Shown here in pieces: positions 19,482-28,484 of a stretch of 64,000 nt of DNA. The DNA comes from Gemmatimonas sp. (GTDB lineage: Bacteria > Gemmatimonadota > Gemmatimonadetes > Gemmatimonadales > Gemmatimonadaceae): contig OZ257156.1 in the NCBI GenBank assembly GCA_965279375.1, positions 4,544,001 through 4,608,000 on the forward strand. Direction: 5' to 3'. The notes beneath the pieces were generated by a model. That model saw only the letters and a program-made list of their open reading frames with translations, was not told the origin of the DNA and ran no database searches. A program made the position numbers and the translations under genes. How positions within the stretch are numbered: the first letter of the stretch is position 1; the number at the start of each line of letters is the position of its first letter.

Positions 19482-20330
19482 CTACTCGGCGACCGGCCCG
19501 CGCTGACGCGCACGTCGTCCGGCAAACGCCTCTTCCACAAGGCGTGGCAGCATCACCGCCGCAGGCCCTTCAATGGGAAGGATGCTCGGCCCCTTGCGTT
19601 GTCCCTGCATCGACGCGTTGACCACGATGACCGTGGCCCCGTGCGCGGCGGCCAGCCACGGCAGCGATGCGGCCGGCTCCACCACGTTGGATGTGCCCAC
19701 GGAGATGAAGACGTCGCAGGCGACGGCGGCATTACGCGCCCGCTCGAACTCGTCGACCGGCAGCGTCTCGCCAAACCACACAATGTCCGGGCGCATCAGC
19801 GCGCCGCAGCGCTGACAGCGCGGCACCGGCGAGCCCGGAGCGGCGTCGGTGACGTCGATGGTCCCTGAACACCCGGCGCTGCAACGCGCCTTCATCAAAG
19901 AGCCATGCAGCGCGATGACGTCACTGCTCCCCGCACGCTGGTGCAGGTCGTCCACGTTCTGCGTGACCAGCGCGCAGTGCGAGACGCGATTGGCCAGCAG
20001 CGTGAGCGAAGTATGCGCCGCATTGGGCTGCGCCATCCGCACCGCGGCCCGCCGGGTGGCATACCATCGCCAGACCAGTTCGGGGTCAGCCGCGAAGGCG
20101 TCGGGGGTCGCCAGGTCCTGCGGCGAGTATTGCGCCCAGAGACCGGTCATTGCATCCCGGAACGTCGGAATGCCGCTCTCGGCGGACGTCCCGGCGCCGG
20201 TGAGGATGCAGACGTACTCGGCCGCGCGAAGGGCGCGGGCGGCGATGGTCAGCGCCTCCGCCCGCGTTTGCGGGTCGGTAGCGGGCGTCGAGGCGACGCG
20301 ACGATCGAGTGTGGGTTCGGTTCGAGCCAT
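19482..20330 (-). CDS. cobB: NAD-dependent protein deacylase (class III sirtuin)
   Basis: GAGTSAESGIPTFR, WYATRR, TQNVDDLH, LHGS, Cys Zn knuckle, RPDIVWFGE. Confidence 0.95.
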   Translation of the reverse strand: MARTEPTLDRRVASTPATDPQTRAEALTIAARALRAAEYVCILTGAGTSAESGIPTFRDAMTGLWAQYSPQDLATPDAFAADPELVWRWYATRRAAVRMAQPNAAHTSLTLLANRVSHCALVTQNVDDLHQRAGSSDVIALHGSLMKARCSAGCSGTIDVTDAAPGSPVPRCQRCGALMRPDIVWFGETLPVDEFERARNAAVACDVFISVGTSNVVEPAASLPWLAAAHGATVIVVNASMQGQRKGPSILPIEGPAAVMLPRLVEEAFAGRRARQRGPVAE

Positions 20331-20420
20331 TTCGGGCGACGATATGCCACGGACGCGCCGGAGGCAACGGGGACCGGGAGGATTTTCCGCCGATCGGGGC
20401 ACAATTATTGGCTGCGGCTC

Positions 20421-20438
20421 GTGACAGTTTCGTTGCAC
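20421..20438 (+). promoter_or_regulatory. Putative Pho box upstream of the TonB-dependent receptor
   Basis: GTGACAG-tttc-GTTGCAC; reverse complement contains CTGTCAC. Confidence 0.55.
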
Positions 20439-20548
20439 AACCGTGTGGAGACCGCAACCTGGGTCACGGAGCTTACCTCCAGACAAAAACTGCAGACGCC
20501 CCGTCCGGGGCCCGTCGCAGCGGCAGGTTTCCCAACTTTACGACATCC

Positions 20549-23362
20549 ATGCGTCCACACGCGAACGTGATTTCCCGACCGGCTACGCTCAACGCAGCTC
20601 GCACGCCGGTCGCCCGTCTCGCCCGCACGCTCCGCATCGTTGCGGCTTCTGTTGTTACGCTGTTCGGCTCCACACCGCTTCTCGCGCAGGGCGGGCCGAC
20701 CGGAAAGATCACCGGCCGCATCATCGACGCTGCGACTGGTCAGGGCATCGCCGAAGCCGGTGTTCAGATTGTCGGCACGACCATCGGCATCCAGTCCGGA
20801 CTTGAAGGTCGCTACACGATCCTGCGCGCACCGGCCGGCACGGTCACGCTGCAGGTGCGCCGACTCGGCTACGCGCCGAAGACGGTCACGGGCCTGATTC
20901 TCCCCGCAGGCGGGGCAATCGAGCAGGACATCTCGCTCGGCGCGGCCAACGTGCAGCTCACCGCCGTGACCGTCAGCGCGTCATCCGAGCGCGGCACGGT
21001 GAACGAAGCGCTCAATCAGCAGAAGAACGCCACGAACGTCGTGAACGCGATCACTGCGGAGCAGATCGCCAAGAGCCCCGACAGCGACGCGGCGCAGGCC
21101 GTGCAGCGCGTCAGCGGCGTCTCGGTGCAGGATGGCAAGTATCTGCAGGTGCGCGGCCTCGGCGAGCGCTACACCACCGCGTCGCTCAACGGTGCCCGCA
21201 TCCCGAGCCCGGAGCCCGAGCGCAAGGTCGTGCCGCTCGACCTGTTCCCGGCCGGCCTGCTGCAGGACGTCACCACCAGCAAGACCTTCACCCCGGACCA
21301 GCCGGGTGACTTTGCCGGCGCCAACGTGAACATCCGCACACGCGAGTTCCCGGTGAAGCGCCAGGTCAACTATTCCATGAGCGTCGGCGCGAACAGCAGC
21401 GTGATGGGGCAGACGCTTCCCTTCGCGCCGCGCGCTGGCGGCGAGTATTTCGGCATGGCCGGTTCGGCGCGCGCCATCCCGAGCGCACTGCAACAGGCGA
21501 ACTTCCTCGGCAACGTCTCGCAGACGCAGTTCAACCAGATCGCGCTCCAGCAGCGCAATGTCTGGAACGCGCTGCCGCGCACGGGCGGACCGAGCGGCTC
21601 GTTCGGCGCCTCGACCGGCGGCAACAACATCCTCGGCAAGCGCATCGGCTACGTGCTGAGCGGCAACTACGGCTACTCGGAAGAGGCGCGCGTGAACGAG
21701 CGCTATGCCGTCGGCCAGCAGGGCGCGAACAACAGCGTGATTCCGCTGACGAGCGTCGTCGGCGAGACCGGTCGCTCGAGCATCCAGTGGGGCGGCATCG
21801 CGAATTTTTCGACGCTGATCGGCCGCAACTCGCGCGTGTCGCTCAACACGACGGCCACGCGGAGCGCCGATAACGAAGCGCGCACCGATCGCGGCTTCGA
21901 CGAAAACCTGTCGGACAGCATTGCCCGCACGACGCTGCGCTATGTGGAGCGTGGCGTCGCCACCGTGACCGCGCAGGGCGAACACCAGATCTCCGCGTCC
22001 AACAAGACCAACTGGTCGGCCACGTACGGCAAGACGTCGCGTCGTGAGCCGGATCGCTCGGACATCGTCTACTCGCGCGCCAGCGACGGCAAGTTCCGCC
22101 TCCTCGGCTCGCTCGATGGCGCTCGCCGCCTGTTCTTCGACCTGCAGGAGAACAACTCGACGGGTCAGCTCGATCACACGATCAACCTTGGCGCGCTGTC
22201 GAATCAGAATACGCTCAAGGTCGGTGCCTACTATCGCGTGACCGACCGTAACGCGCAGGCGCCCATCTTCGCATTCCTCACGCGCGCCAATTCGAGCGTG
22301 CTCGAGCAGACGCCCGACGTCATCTTCGGCGCCTCACAGGCCTGTTCGACCTGCTCGGTCATCAACGTACAGCCCGTCGGTCAGGCGGGCTCGTATACGG
22401 CGAGCGATCGCACCACCGCTGGCTACGCCATGGTCGACTGGGGACTGTCCGAAAAGGTCCGCATCATTGCCGGTGCGCGCGCCGAAGCGGCCGACATCAC
22501 GGTCAACTCCAGCACGCAGGGCGGGTTCACCGCCTCCGCGAAGCTCAAGAACACCGACATCCTGCCCTCGCTGCTCGTGAACACCAAGCTCTCCGAGACG
22601 CAGAACCTGCGCTTCGGCGTGACGCGCACGCTGGCACGCCCCGAGTATCGTGAGCTCGCGCCGGTGACGTTCCGCGACGTGCTGGGCGGCGTCAGCGTCA
22701 CGGGCAACGACAAGCTCGTGCGCTCGCTGATCAACAACTACGATCTGCGCTACGAGATCTTCCCGAACTCGGGTGAAGTGCTGAGCATCGGCGTTTTCGC
22801 GAAGCAGTTCGACGCGCCGATCGAGCGTGTGGAGTCGGCGACGTCCGGCGCGTATCAGGCGCGCTTCCAGAACGCGCTGCGGGCGACCAACGTCGGTGTC
22901 GAGCTCGAGGCCCGCAAGGAACTCGGCTTCCTTGGCGAGTGGGCGCGCGCTTTCACTGGCTTCAGCAACGTGACGGTGATGAAGTCGTCCGTCTCGCTCG
23001 ACACGACCAAGGGGCTCACGGTCACCGAGACCAAGCGCCGCCTGGTTGGTCAGGCGCCGTATGTGGTCAACATGGGTCTCACGTATTCGTCGCGGTCTGG
23101 CAACTCGAGCGCCACGCTGCTCTACAACGTCGTTGGCGAGCGCATCTTCGCCGCGGGCGTGACGCCGCTGCCGAACATCGTCGAGAAGTCGCGCAACATC
23201 GTCGACCTCGCGCTCCGCTTCCCGATTCATGGGCAGCTCGCCGCGCGCATCGACGGCAAGAACCTGCTGGACGCGCGTTACCGCTTCATGCAGGGCAACC
23301 TCGAGCGCGAAGGCTACAACGCCGGCCGCTCGGTCTCCGTCGGTTTCTCCTGGAAGCAGTAA
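20549..23362 (+). CDS. TonB-dependent outer-membrane receptor with N-terminal carboxypeptidase-like domain
   Basis: Signal peptide, CarboxypepD-like domain, plug (VQRVSGVSV..VRGLGERY..VPLDLFP), amphipathic barrel strands, KNLLD near C-terminus. Confidence 0.93.
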   Translation: MRPHANVISRPATLNAARTPVARLARTLRIVAASVVTLFGSTPLLAQGGPTGKITGRIIDAATGQGIAEAGVQIVGTTIGIQSGLEGRYTILRAPAGTVTLQVRRLGYAPKTVTGLILPAGGAIEQDISLGAANVQLTAVTVSASSERGTVNEALNQQKNATNVVNAITAEQIAKSPDSDAAQAVQRVSGVSVQDGKYLQVRGLGERYTTASLNGARIPSPEPERKVVPLDLFPAGLLQDVTTSKTFTPDQPGDFAGANVNIRTREFPVKRQVNYSMSVGANSSVMGQTLPFAPRAGGEYFGMAGSARAIPSALQQANFLGNVSQTQFNQIALQQRNVWNALPRTGGPSGSFGASTGGNNILGKRIGYVLSGNYGYSEEARVNERYAVGQQGANNSVIPLTSVVGETGRSSIQWGGIANFSTLIGRNSRVSLNTTATRSADNEARTDRGFDENLSDSIARTTLRYVERGVATVTAQGEHQISASNKTNWSATYGKTSRREPDRSDIVYSRASDGKFRLLGSLDGARRLFFDLQENNSTGQLDHTINLGALSNQNTLKVGAYYRVTDRNAQAPIFAFLTRANSSVLEQTPDVIFGASQACSTCSVINVQPVGQAGSYTASDRTTAGYAMVDWGLSEKVRIIAGARAEAADITVNSSTQGGFTASAKLKNTDILPSLLVNTKLSETQNLRFGVTRTLARPEYRELAPVTFRDVLGGVSVTGNDKLVRSLINNYDLRYEIFPNSGEVLSIGVFAKQFDAPIERVESATSGAYQARFQNALRATNVGVELEARKELGFLGEWARAFTGFSNVTVMKSSVSLDTTKGLTVTETKRRLVGQAPYVVNMGLTYSSRSGNSSATLLYNVVGERIFAAGVTPLPNIVEKSRNIVDLALRFPIHGQLAARIDGKNLLDARYRFMQGNLEREGYNAGRSVSVGFSWKQ

Positions 23363-23414
23363 TCCGCTCCACATCGCGCGAAGTATCGACGCGAAGCGGA
23401 GTGATCCACCCGGA

Positions 23415-23443
23415 GTGACGGGACCGTGACACGATCATGATCG
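23415..23443 (+). promoter_or_regulatory. Putative Pho box (three half-sites, 11-bp period) upstream of the large lipoprotein gene
   Basis: GTGACGG-gacc-GTGACAC-gatc-ATGATCG. Confidence 0.6.
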
Positions 23444-23448
23444 AAGTG

Positions 23449-23486
23449 GCACACAGACACGCTTTTGTGAAGGCGTGTCTGTGTGC
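23449..23486. repeat. Perfect 14-bp inverted repeat between the receptor and lipoprotein genes
   Basis: GCACACAGACACGC-ttttgtgaag-GCGTGTCTGTGTGC. Confidence 0.8.
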
Positions 23487-23531
23487 GTTCTAGCAGTCAC
23501 AATTCCAACTCCTTACCTCAAGGGACAGCAG

Positions 23532-25532
23532 ATGATGAAGTTCCTGCGCCTTCGTAGCCTAGCGGCTGCGGCGCTCGCGATGGTTTCTCTCGCGGCTTGC
23601 AGCAGCGACAAAACGGTGAGTCCGCCGGCCAATGGCTCGCTCACGGTAACGGTCAGCGGCCTTCCCGCCGGCACGAACGCGAGCATTAACGTCACAGGGA
23701 CGTCGTTCACGCAGGCCGTGACGGCGACCACCACCCTCTCGGTTGCGCCGGGCAGCTACACGATCGCCGCCTCGTCGGTCACCGTTGGTACGACCGTCTA
23801 CAACGCGGCAGTTTCCGGTTCGCCGGCGACGGTCAGCTCCAACGCCACGTCCACGGCGACGGTGACCTACTCTGCGGTGGCGCCGGTCAACGGCTCGCTC
23901 GCGGTGACGATCAGCGGTCTGCCGGCTGGCACCAACGCCGCAGTCACGGTGACGGGCCCCAACGCCTTCACGCAGACGCTCACGGCCAGCACCACGCTTG
24001 CGGTGCCGCCGGGCAGCTACACGATCGCTGCCGCACAGGTCACCGCCGGCACGACGCGCTACAACGGTGCTGTCACGGGTTCGCCCGCCACGGTCACCTC
24101 CAGCACGACGACGACGGCCACGGTCACCTACGCCCTCGCGCCTGTGCCGAGCGTAACGCTGTCCGGTTCGATCGCGGCCAGCCGCACGCTGACCGCCGAC
24201 ACGGCCTACGTCATCCGCGGCTTCGTGTACGTCAACAGCGGTGCGACGCTCACGATCCGCGCTGGCACCAAGCTTGTCGGCGACACGACGGCACTCGGCT
24301 CGGCGCTCTTCATCCTCCGTGGTGCGCGCATCGATGCGCAGGGTACGGAAGCCGCGCCGATCGTCTTCACGTCGCAGCGCGCCGTGGGCAATCGCTCCCC
24401 GGGTGACTGGGGCGGCCTGGTGATCGTGGGCAACGCACGCAACAACCGCTCGGGCAACATCATCGTCGAAGGCTCGGACGGCTCGGTCGTCGGCGCGAAC
24501 CCGGCAGGCGTGGTCTACACCGGTGGCAACAACGATGCAGACAACAGCGGCACGCTCAAGTATGTGCGCGTCGAGTTTGCCGGCTACGCGACGTTGCCCG
24601 ACGCTGAGCTCAACTCCTTCACGTTCGGCGCGGTTGGCAGCGGCACCACCTTTGAGTACCTGCAGTCGGTGTCCGGCCTCGACGACTCGTTCGAGTGGTT
24701 CGGTGGCACGGTGGACGGCAAGTACCTCGTCTCGTACGAGTCGGGTGACGACCATTTCGACACGTCGGAAGGCTATCGCGGTCGCAACCAGTTCGTGATC
24801 GCCTACCAGTCGACCTTCCTGACGCCGCGTGCTGGCGCCGGTGCCGTCTCCGCTGACCCGCAGGGCATGGAAGTCGACGGTTGCAACGGCGGTGGTTGCA
24901 CGGCGCCGGCCGGCGGTAACGCGCAGAGCTCCGGCGCTGCGGATGGCCTCTGGACGATGAACGTCTTCGCCAACTTCACCCTGATCGGTGTCGGTGCCAC
25001 GCAGACGACGCCTGCCAACGGCGGCGTGGGTATGGTGCTCCGCCGCGGAACGGGCGGCTACTACATCAACGGCGTGGTGGCGCGCTGGCCGCGTCAGGCC
25101 ATTTCCATCCGCGACACGACGTCGGGCAACCGCCTCTCGGTCGATTCGCTGATCGTGCGCAACCTGTACTTCGCCGACGACGGCCTGCAGAACAGCAGCG
25201 TGCTGTTCGACCCGGCGAGCGCCACCAACTTCGGGCAGCAGGCGACGCTCGCCGCCCGCAACTCGGCGATCACAGTGGCCGCGGCCAGCGTGACGGCCGC
25301 CAGCCTCTTCACCGCGCTTCCGGCCGGTGCAGCCACGACCACCGGGGCGAACTTCGATTGGTCGCCGGCGGCCGGATCGCCGATCGCCACGGGTGGATTG
25401 AACAGCTTCACCAACGACCCGCGCATCGCGGCGCGCGCCGGCACCTTCATCGTGCCCACGGCGTACGTCGGCGCTGCGGCGCCGGGCGGCACCAAGTGGT
25501 GGGCCAACTGGACGAACTACGCGCGCAACTAG
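23532..25532 (+). CDS. Large surface lipoprotein: two Ig-like repeats plus probable parallel beta-helix domain
   Basis: Lipobox LAAC; two ~80-aa Thr-rich repeats; PIVFTS..GDWGGLVIVG..DNSGTLKYVRVEFAG..ELN..DDSFEWFGG..DDHFD; Trp-rich C-terminus. Confidence 0.85.
   Translation: MMKFLRLRSLAAAALAMVSLAACSSDKTVSPPANGSLTVTVSGLPAGTNASINVTGTSFTQAVTATTTLSVAPGSYTIAASSVTVGTTVYNAAVSGSPATVSSNATSTATVTYSAVAPVNGSLAVTISGLPAGTNAAVTVTGPNAFTQTLTASTTLAVPPGSYTIAAAQVTAGTTRYNGAVTGSPATVTSSTTTTATVTYALAPVPSVTLSGSIAASRTLTADTAYVIRGFVYVNSGATLTIRAGTKLVGDTTALGSALFILRGARIDAQGTEAAPIVFTSQRAVGNRSPGDWGGLVIVGNARNNRSGNIIVEGSDGSVVGANPAGVVYTGGNNDADNSGTLKYVRVEFAGYATLPDAELNSFTFGAVGSGTTFEYLQSVSGLDDSFEWFGGTVDGKYLVSYESGDDHFDTSEGYRGRNQFVIAYQSTFLTPRAGAGAVSADPQGMEVDGCNGGGCTAPAGGNAQSSGAADGLWTMNVFANFTLIGVGATQTTPANGGVGMVLRRGTGGYYINGVVARWPRQAISIRDTTSGNRLSVDSLIVRNLYFADDGLQNSSVLFDPASATNFGQQATLAARNSAITVAAASVTAASLFTALPAGAATTTGANFDWSPAAGSPIATGGLNSFTNDPRIAARAGTFIVPTAYVGAAAPGGTKWWANWTNYARN
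23631..24131 (+). repeat. Internal tandem duplication (two units, period 258 nt)
   Basis: NGSL.VT.SGLPAGTNA..VTG..FTQ..TA.TTL.V.PGSYTIAA..VT.GTT.YN.AV.GSPATV.S..T.TATVTY at 23631-23870 and 23889-24131. Confidence 0.9.
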
Positions 25533-25562
25533 CGTGTAGCAACTTCCCGCAGTCAGTTTGTC

Positions 25563-25598
25563 GAACGGTCGGCGCCGTGGTTTCGGCGCCGACCGTTC
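25563..25598 (+). terminator. 15-bp stem-loop after the lipoprotein gene (terminator or mRNA stabiliser)
   Basis: GAACGGTCGGCGCCG-tggttt-CGGCGCCGACCGTTC; weak U tract. Confidence 0.65.
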
Positions 25599-25618
25599 TC
25601 AATTCAGCCCTCGGATTC

Positions 25619-26269
25619 ATGTCTACGTCTCGCGGTTCGTGGCTCCTCCTGTTGTCCGCTCTCGCGCTCACCAGCGCGTGCAAGGGAGACGCGCCGGCCG
25701 ACTCGCAAACGCAGTCGCAACAGGATCAGCAGAAGCACATTCAGGAAGTCGTTGCCGCGGGTGGGGTAGTGGACTCCATCCTGCCGATTGCCGTGCAACT
25801 CGATCGCTTCCGCGCCGACATCACCGACCATCCGGATACTCTCCGTCACGCCAGCACATCGCGCGACGCACTGGTCGCACGCTGGGCCAAGGCCGTCGCC
25901 TCGAGCGACACCACCGACCTCAATGCAATGGTCCTCGACCGCGCAGAATTCGCGTGGCTGTATTACCCCGGCTCGAGCATGAGCAAGCCGCCGTACGAAG
26001 CGCCACCGCAGCTGCTGTGGGGACAGATCCTTGCCAGCTCCAACGCGGGCGCGCAGTCGGCGCTCCGAAAAATGAGCGGACAGAAGCTCGCCGTGGTGGC
26101 TGTGAAGTGCCCCGAGGCGCCGCTCGCCGAGGGAAGCAATCTGCTCCACGAGCGCTGCACTGTGCGCCTCACCGACGCGGGGAGACCGCTCCCCGAGATC
26201 GCATACTTCGGCACAATCGTCGAACGCGATCATCGCTTCAAGTTCCTCGGCTTGGCGAACAACCTGTGA
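25619..26269 (+). CDS. Uncharacterised lipoprotein translationally coupled to pstS
   Basis: Lipobox LTSAC; AEFAWLYYPGS..PPYE.PP.LLW; two further Cys; GTGA overlap with pstS. Confidence 0.75.
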   Translation: MSTSRGSWLLLLSALALTSACKGDAPADSQTQSQQDQQKHIQEVVAAGGVVDSILPIAVQLDRFRADITDHPDTLRHASTSRDALVARWAKAVASSDTTDLNAMVLDRAEFAWLYYPGSSMSKPPYEAPPQLLWGQILASSNAGAQSALRKMSGQKLAVVAVKCPEAPLAEGSNLLHERCTVRLTDAGRPLPEIAYFGTIVERDHRFKFLGLANNL

Positions 26270-27423
26270 CCTCTGCACAAGCGGCCACCGTCATCATGCG
26301 CACAACTCGCCGCGTCGGACTGCGCCTCGCGACGCAGCGATTCGGCTGGGTCGCGGTGACTGTCTTGCTGTGCGCCTGCTCGGGGAAGTCGAGCGACAAA
26401 GCCGGTGACTCCGCCACCGCGACGCTCCCGCCGTCCGGCACCCGCGTCGATCTGACCGGCGCGGGCGCGACCTTTCCGTATCCGCTTTATTCGCGCTGGT
26501 TCAACGACTACGCGCAGCGCACCAACATCCGCATCAACTACCAATCGATCGGTTCCGGGGGCGGCATCCGACAGGTGCTGGCCAAGACCGTCGACTTCGG
26601 CGCGACCGATGTGCCGATGACCGACGCCGAACTGTCGCAGGGTGGGATGCGCGTCGAGCATATCCCGACGGTTCTTGGCGCGGTGGCCATTACCTACAAC
26701 CTGCCGGGGCTGGCGCGGCCGCTTCATCTATCAGGCGAGGTCATTGCCGACATTTTCCTCGGCCGGATCTCCAAGTGGAACGACACCCGCATCGCCGAAC
26801 TGAACCCCGCCGAATCGTTGCCTGCGTCGGACATTCTGGTGGTCCATCGGGCGGATGGCAGCGGCACCTCGTACATCTTCAGCGACTACCTGACGGCCGT
26901 GAGCACTCGCTGGGCCGAGGGGCCGGGACGCGGTAAGGACGTACTCTGGCCGACCGGCATCGGCGGCAAGGGCAACGAGGGCGTAGCGGGACAGGTCAAG
27001 CAGATGGTCGGCTCCATCGGATATCTGGAAGTCGTGTACGCGCGACAGAATCGCCTGCCCGTGGTGCACGTGCGCAATCGAGCGGGACGATTCGTGTCTC
27101 CGATGCCATATGAGATCGCCTCGGCCGCCACGAGTGTGATCGCTGACAGTACCCGGTCAGACTTCCGCGTCTCTCTGGTCAACGCACCTGGGGCGGCAGC
27201 GTACCCAATTGCGTCGTTCACCTGGATGCTGTTGGCCCCAGACGCCATCGGACCCGTGAAAACACGGCAGATGGTTGAGTTCCTCCGCTGGGCGCTCGCC
27301 GATGCCGGCGACATGGCCAGCGCCCTCGGCTATGTCGCGCTGCCAAGCGAAACCGTCAACACCGTCTTGAACCAGCTCGACGCGCTGGCGCTTCGCGCGA
27401 ACGCCGCCACGAGAGCTCCGTGA
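26266..27423 (+). CDS. pstS: Phosphate ABC transporter substrate-binding lipoprotein
   Basis: GAGATFPYPLY, YQSIGSGGG, DFGATD, HRADGSGTS, GKGNEGV; start may be ATG 26296. Confidence 0.96.
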   Translation: MTSAQAATVIMRTTRRVGLRLATQRFGWVAVTVLLCACSGKSSDKAGDSATATLPPSGTRVDLTGAGATFPYPLYSRWFNDYAQRTNIRINYQSIGSGGGIRQVLAKTVDFGATDVPMTDAELSQGGMRVEHIPTVLGAVAITYNLPGLARPLHLSGEVIADIFLGRISKWNDTRIAELNPAESLPASDILVVHRADGSGTSYIFSDYLTAVSTRWAEGPGRGKDVLWPTGIGGKGNEGVAGQVKQMVGSIGYLEVVYARQNRLPVVHVRNRAGRFVSPMPYEIASAATSVIADSTRSDFRVSLVNAPGAAAYPIASFTWMLLAPDAIGPVKTRQMVEFLRWALADAGDMASALGYVALPSETVNTVLNQLDALALRANAATRAP

Positions 27424-27437
27424 CACGTCTGTTACAA
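27420..27437 (+). promoter_or_regulatory. Putative Pho box upstream of pstC, overlapping the pstS stop
   Basis: GTGACAC-gtct-GTTACAA. Confidence 0.55.
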
Positions 27438-27479
27438 GACCACCGGCGGGAGCCGGAACGTCATTCCTAACTTGCGGGC

Positions 27480-28484
27480 ATGAGCGCGTCACCCGCCGTC
27501 CGGGATCCCTCGCCACCTCCCGCGGCGCCAGAAATGTCCGCCTGGACGCTGCCTTCTGGAGGTGCTTCCTCGTCGCGGCTGGCAGATCGCGTCTATCGCG
27601 CCGCGATCACGGCGTGCGCCCTGCTGATCCCGCTGTTGCTGATGGTCATGGCCGCGGTGATCGTTCGCGCTGCGTGGCCTGCCGTCCGCACAACCGGAGC
27701 GGATCTGCTATTTGGGCGCACGTGGGATGTTGCGCACGGCCGTTTCGGAGCGCTCCCTGCACTGGTCGGCACGCTGGTCTCATCTCTCTTGGCGCTGTTC
27801 ATCGCGACACCGCTGGCGGTGGGCGTGGCCGTCTTCACATCGGAGCTCGCCCCGTCTCGACTGCGCGCACCCGTTGCCTTTCTGGTCGACCTCCTCGCCG
27901 CGATTCCGAGCGTGGTCTATGGCCTGTGGGGGCTGTTCGTGCTTGTGCCATTGCTGCGTAGCGCGGTGATGCCGGCTCTGCAGCGGGTGTTGGGCGGCTT
28001 GCCCATTGTAGCCGGACCGGCATACGGGCCCAGCGTGCTGGCCGCCTCGCTCGTGCTGGCCATCATGATCCTGCCATACATCGCATCGGTCTCGCGCGAA
28101 GTGCTCGCGGCGGTACCACGCGCGCAACGAGAAGCGGCGCTGGCGCTCGGCGCCACACGCATTGAAATGGTCCGCGATGCCGTGCTGCCGTACGCGCGTT
28201 CAGGCCTGGTTGGTGGGATCATGCTCGGACTGGGTCGAGCGCTGGGCGAGACGATGGCCGTCACCATGGTCATCGGCAATCGACACGAGATCCCCACGTC
28301 GTTGCTCGATCCGGCCTACACGATGTCGGCGCTGCTAGCCAACGAGTTCAGTGAGGCGTCCAATGACCAGCACCTCTCCGCACTGATGGCCGTCGCGGGA
28401 TTGCTGCTGCTCATCACACTGGTGGTGAACATGCTTGCGCGCTGGCTGGTGTGGCGCGTGCGCCGCCTCGAGGGTGAGTCGTGA
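27480..28484 (+). CDS. pstC: Phosphate ABC transporter permease
   Basis: DLLAAIPSVVYGLWG, EAALALGAT, GRALGETMAVTMVIGN. Confidence 0.96.
   Translation: MSASPAVRDPSPPPAAPEMSAWTLPSGGASSSRLADRVYRAAITACALLIPLLLMVMAAVIVRAAWPAVRTTGADLLFGRTWDVAHGRFGALPALVGTLVSSLLALFIATPLAVGVAVFTSELAPSRLRAPVAFLVDLLAAIPSVVYGLWGLFVLVPLLRSAVMPALQRVLGGLPIVAGPAYGPSVLAASLVLAIMILPYIASVSREVLAAVPRAQREAALALGATRIEMVRDAVLPYARSGLVGGIMLGLGRALGETMAVTMVIGNRHEIPTSLLDPAYTMSALLANEFSEASNDQHLSALMAVAGLLLLITLVVNMLARWLVWRVRRLEGES

Noticed and set aside
19482..20330. Sir2-domain anti-phage defence gene
   Set aside because: Canonical Zn-finger CobB deacylase with no defence partner genes
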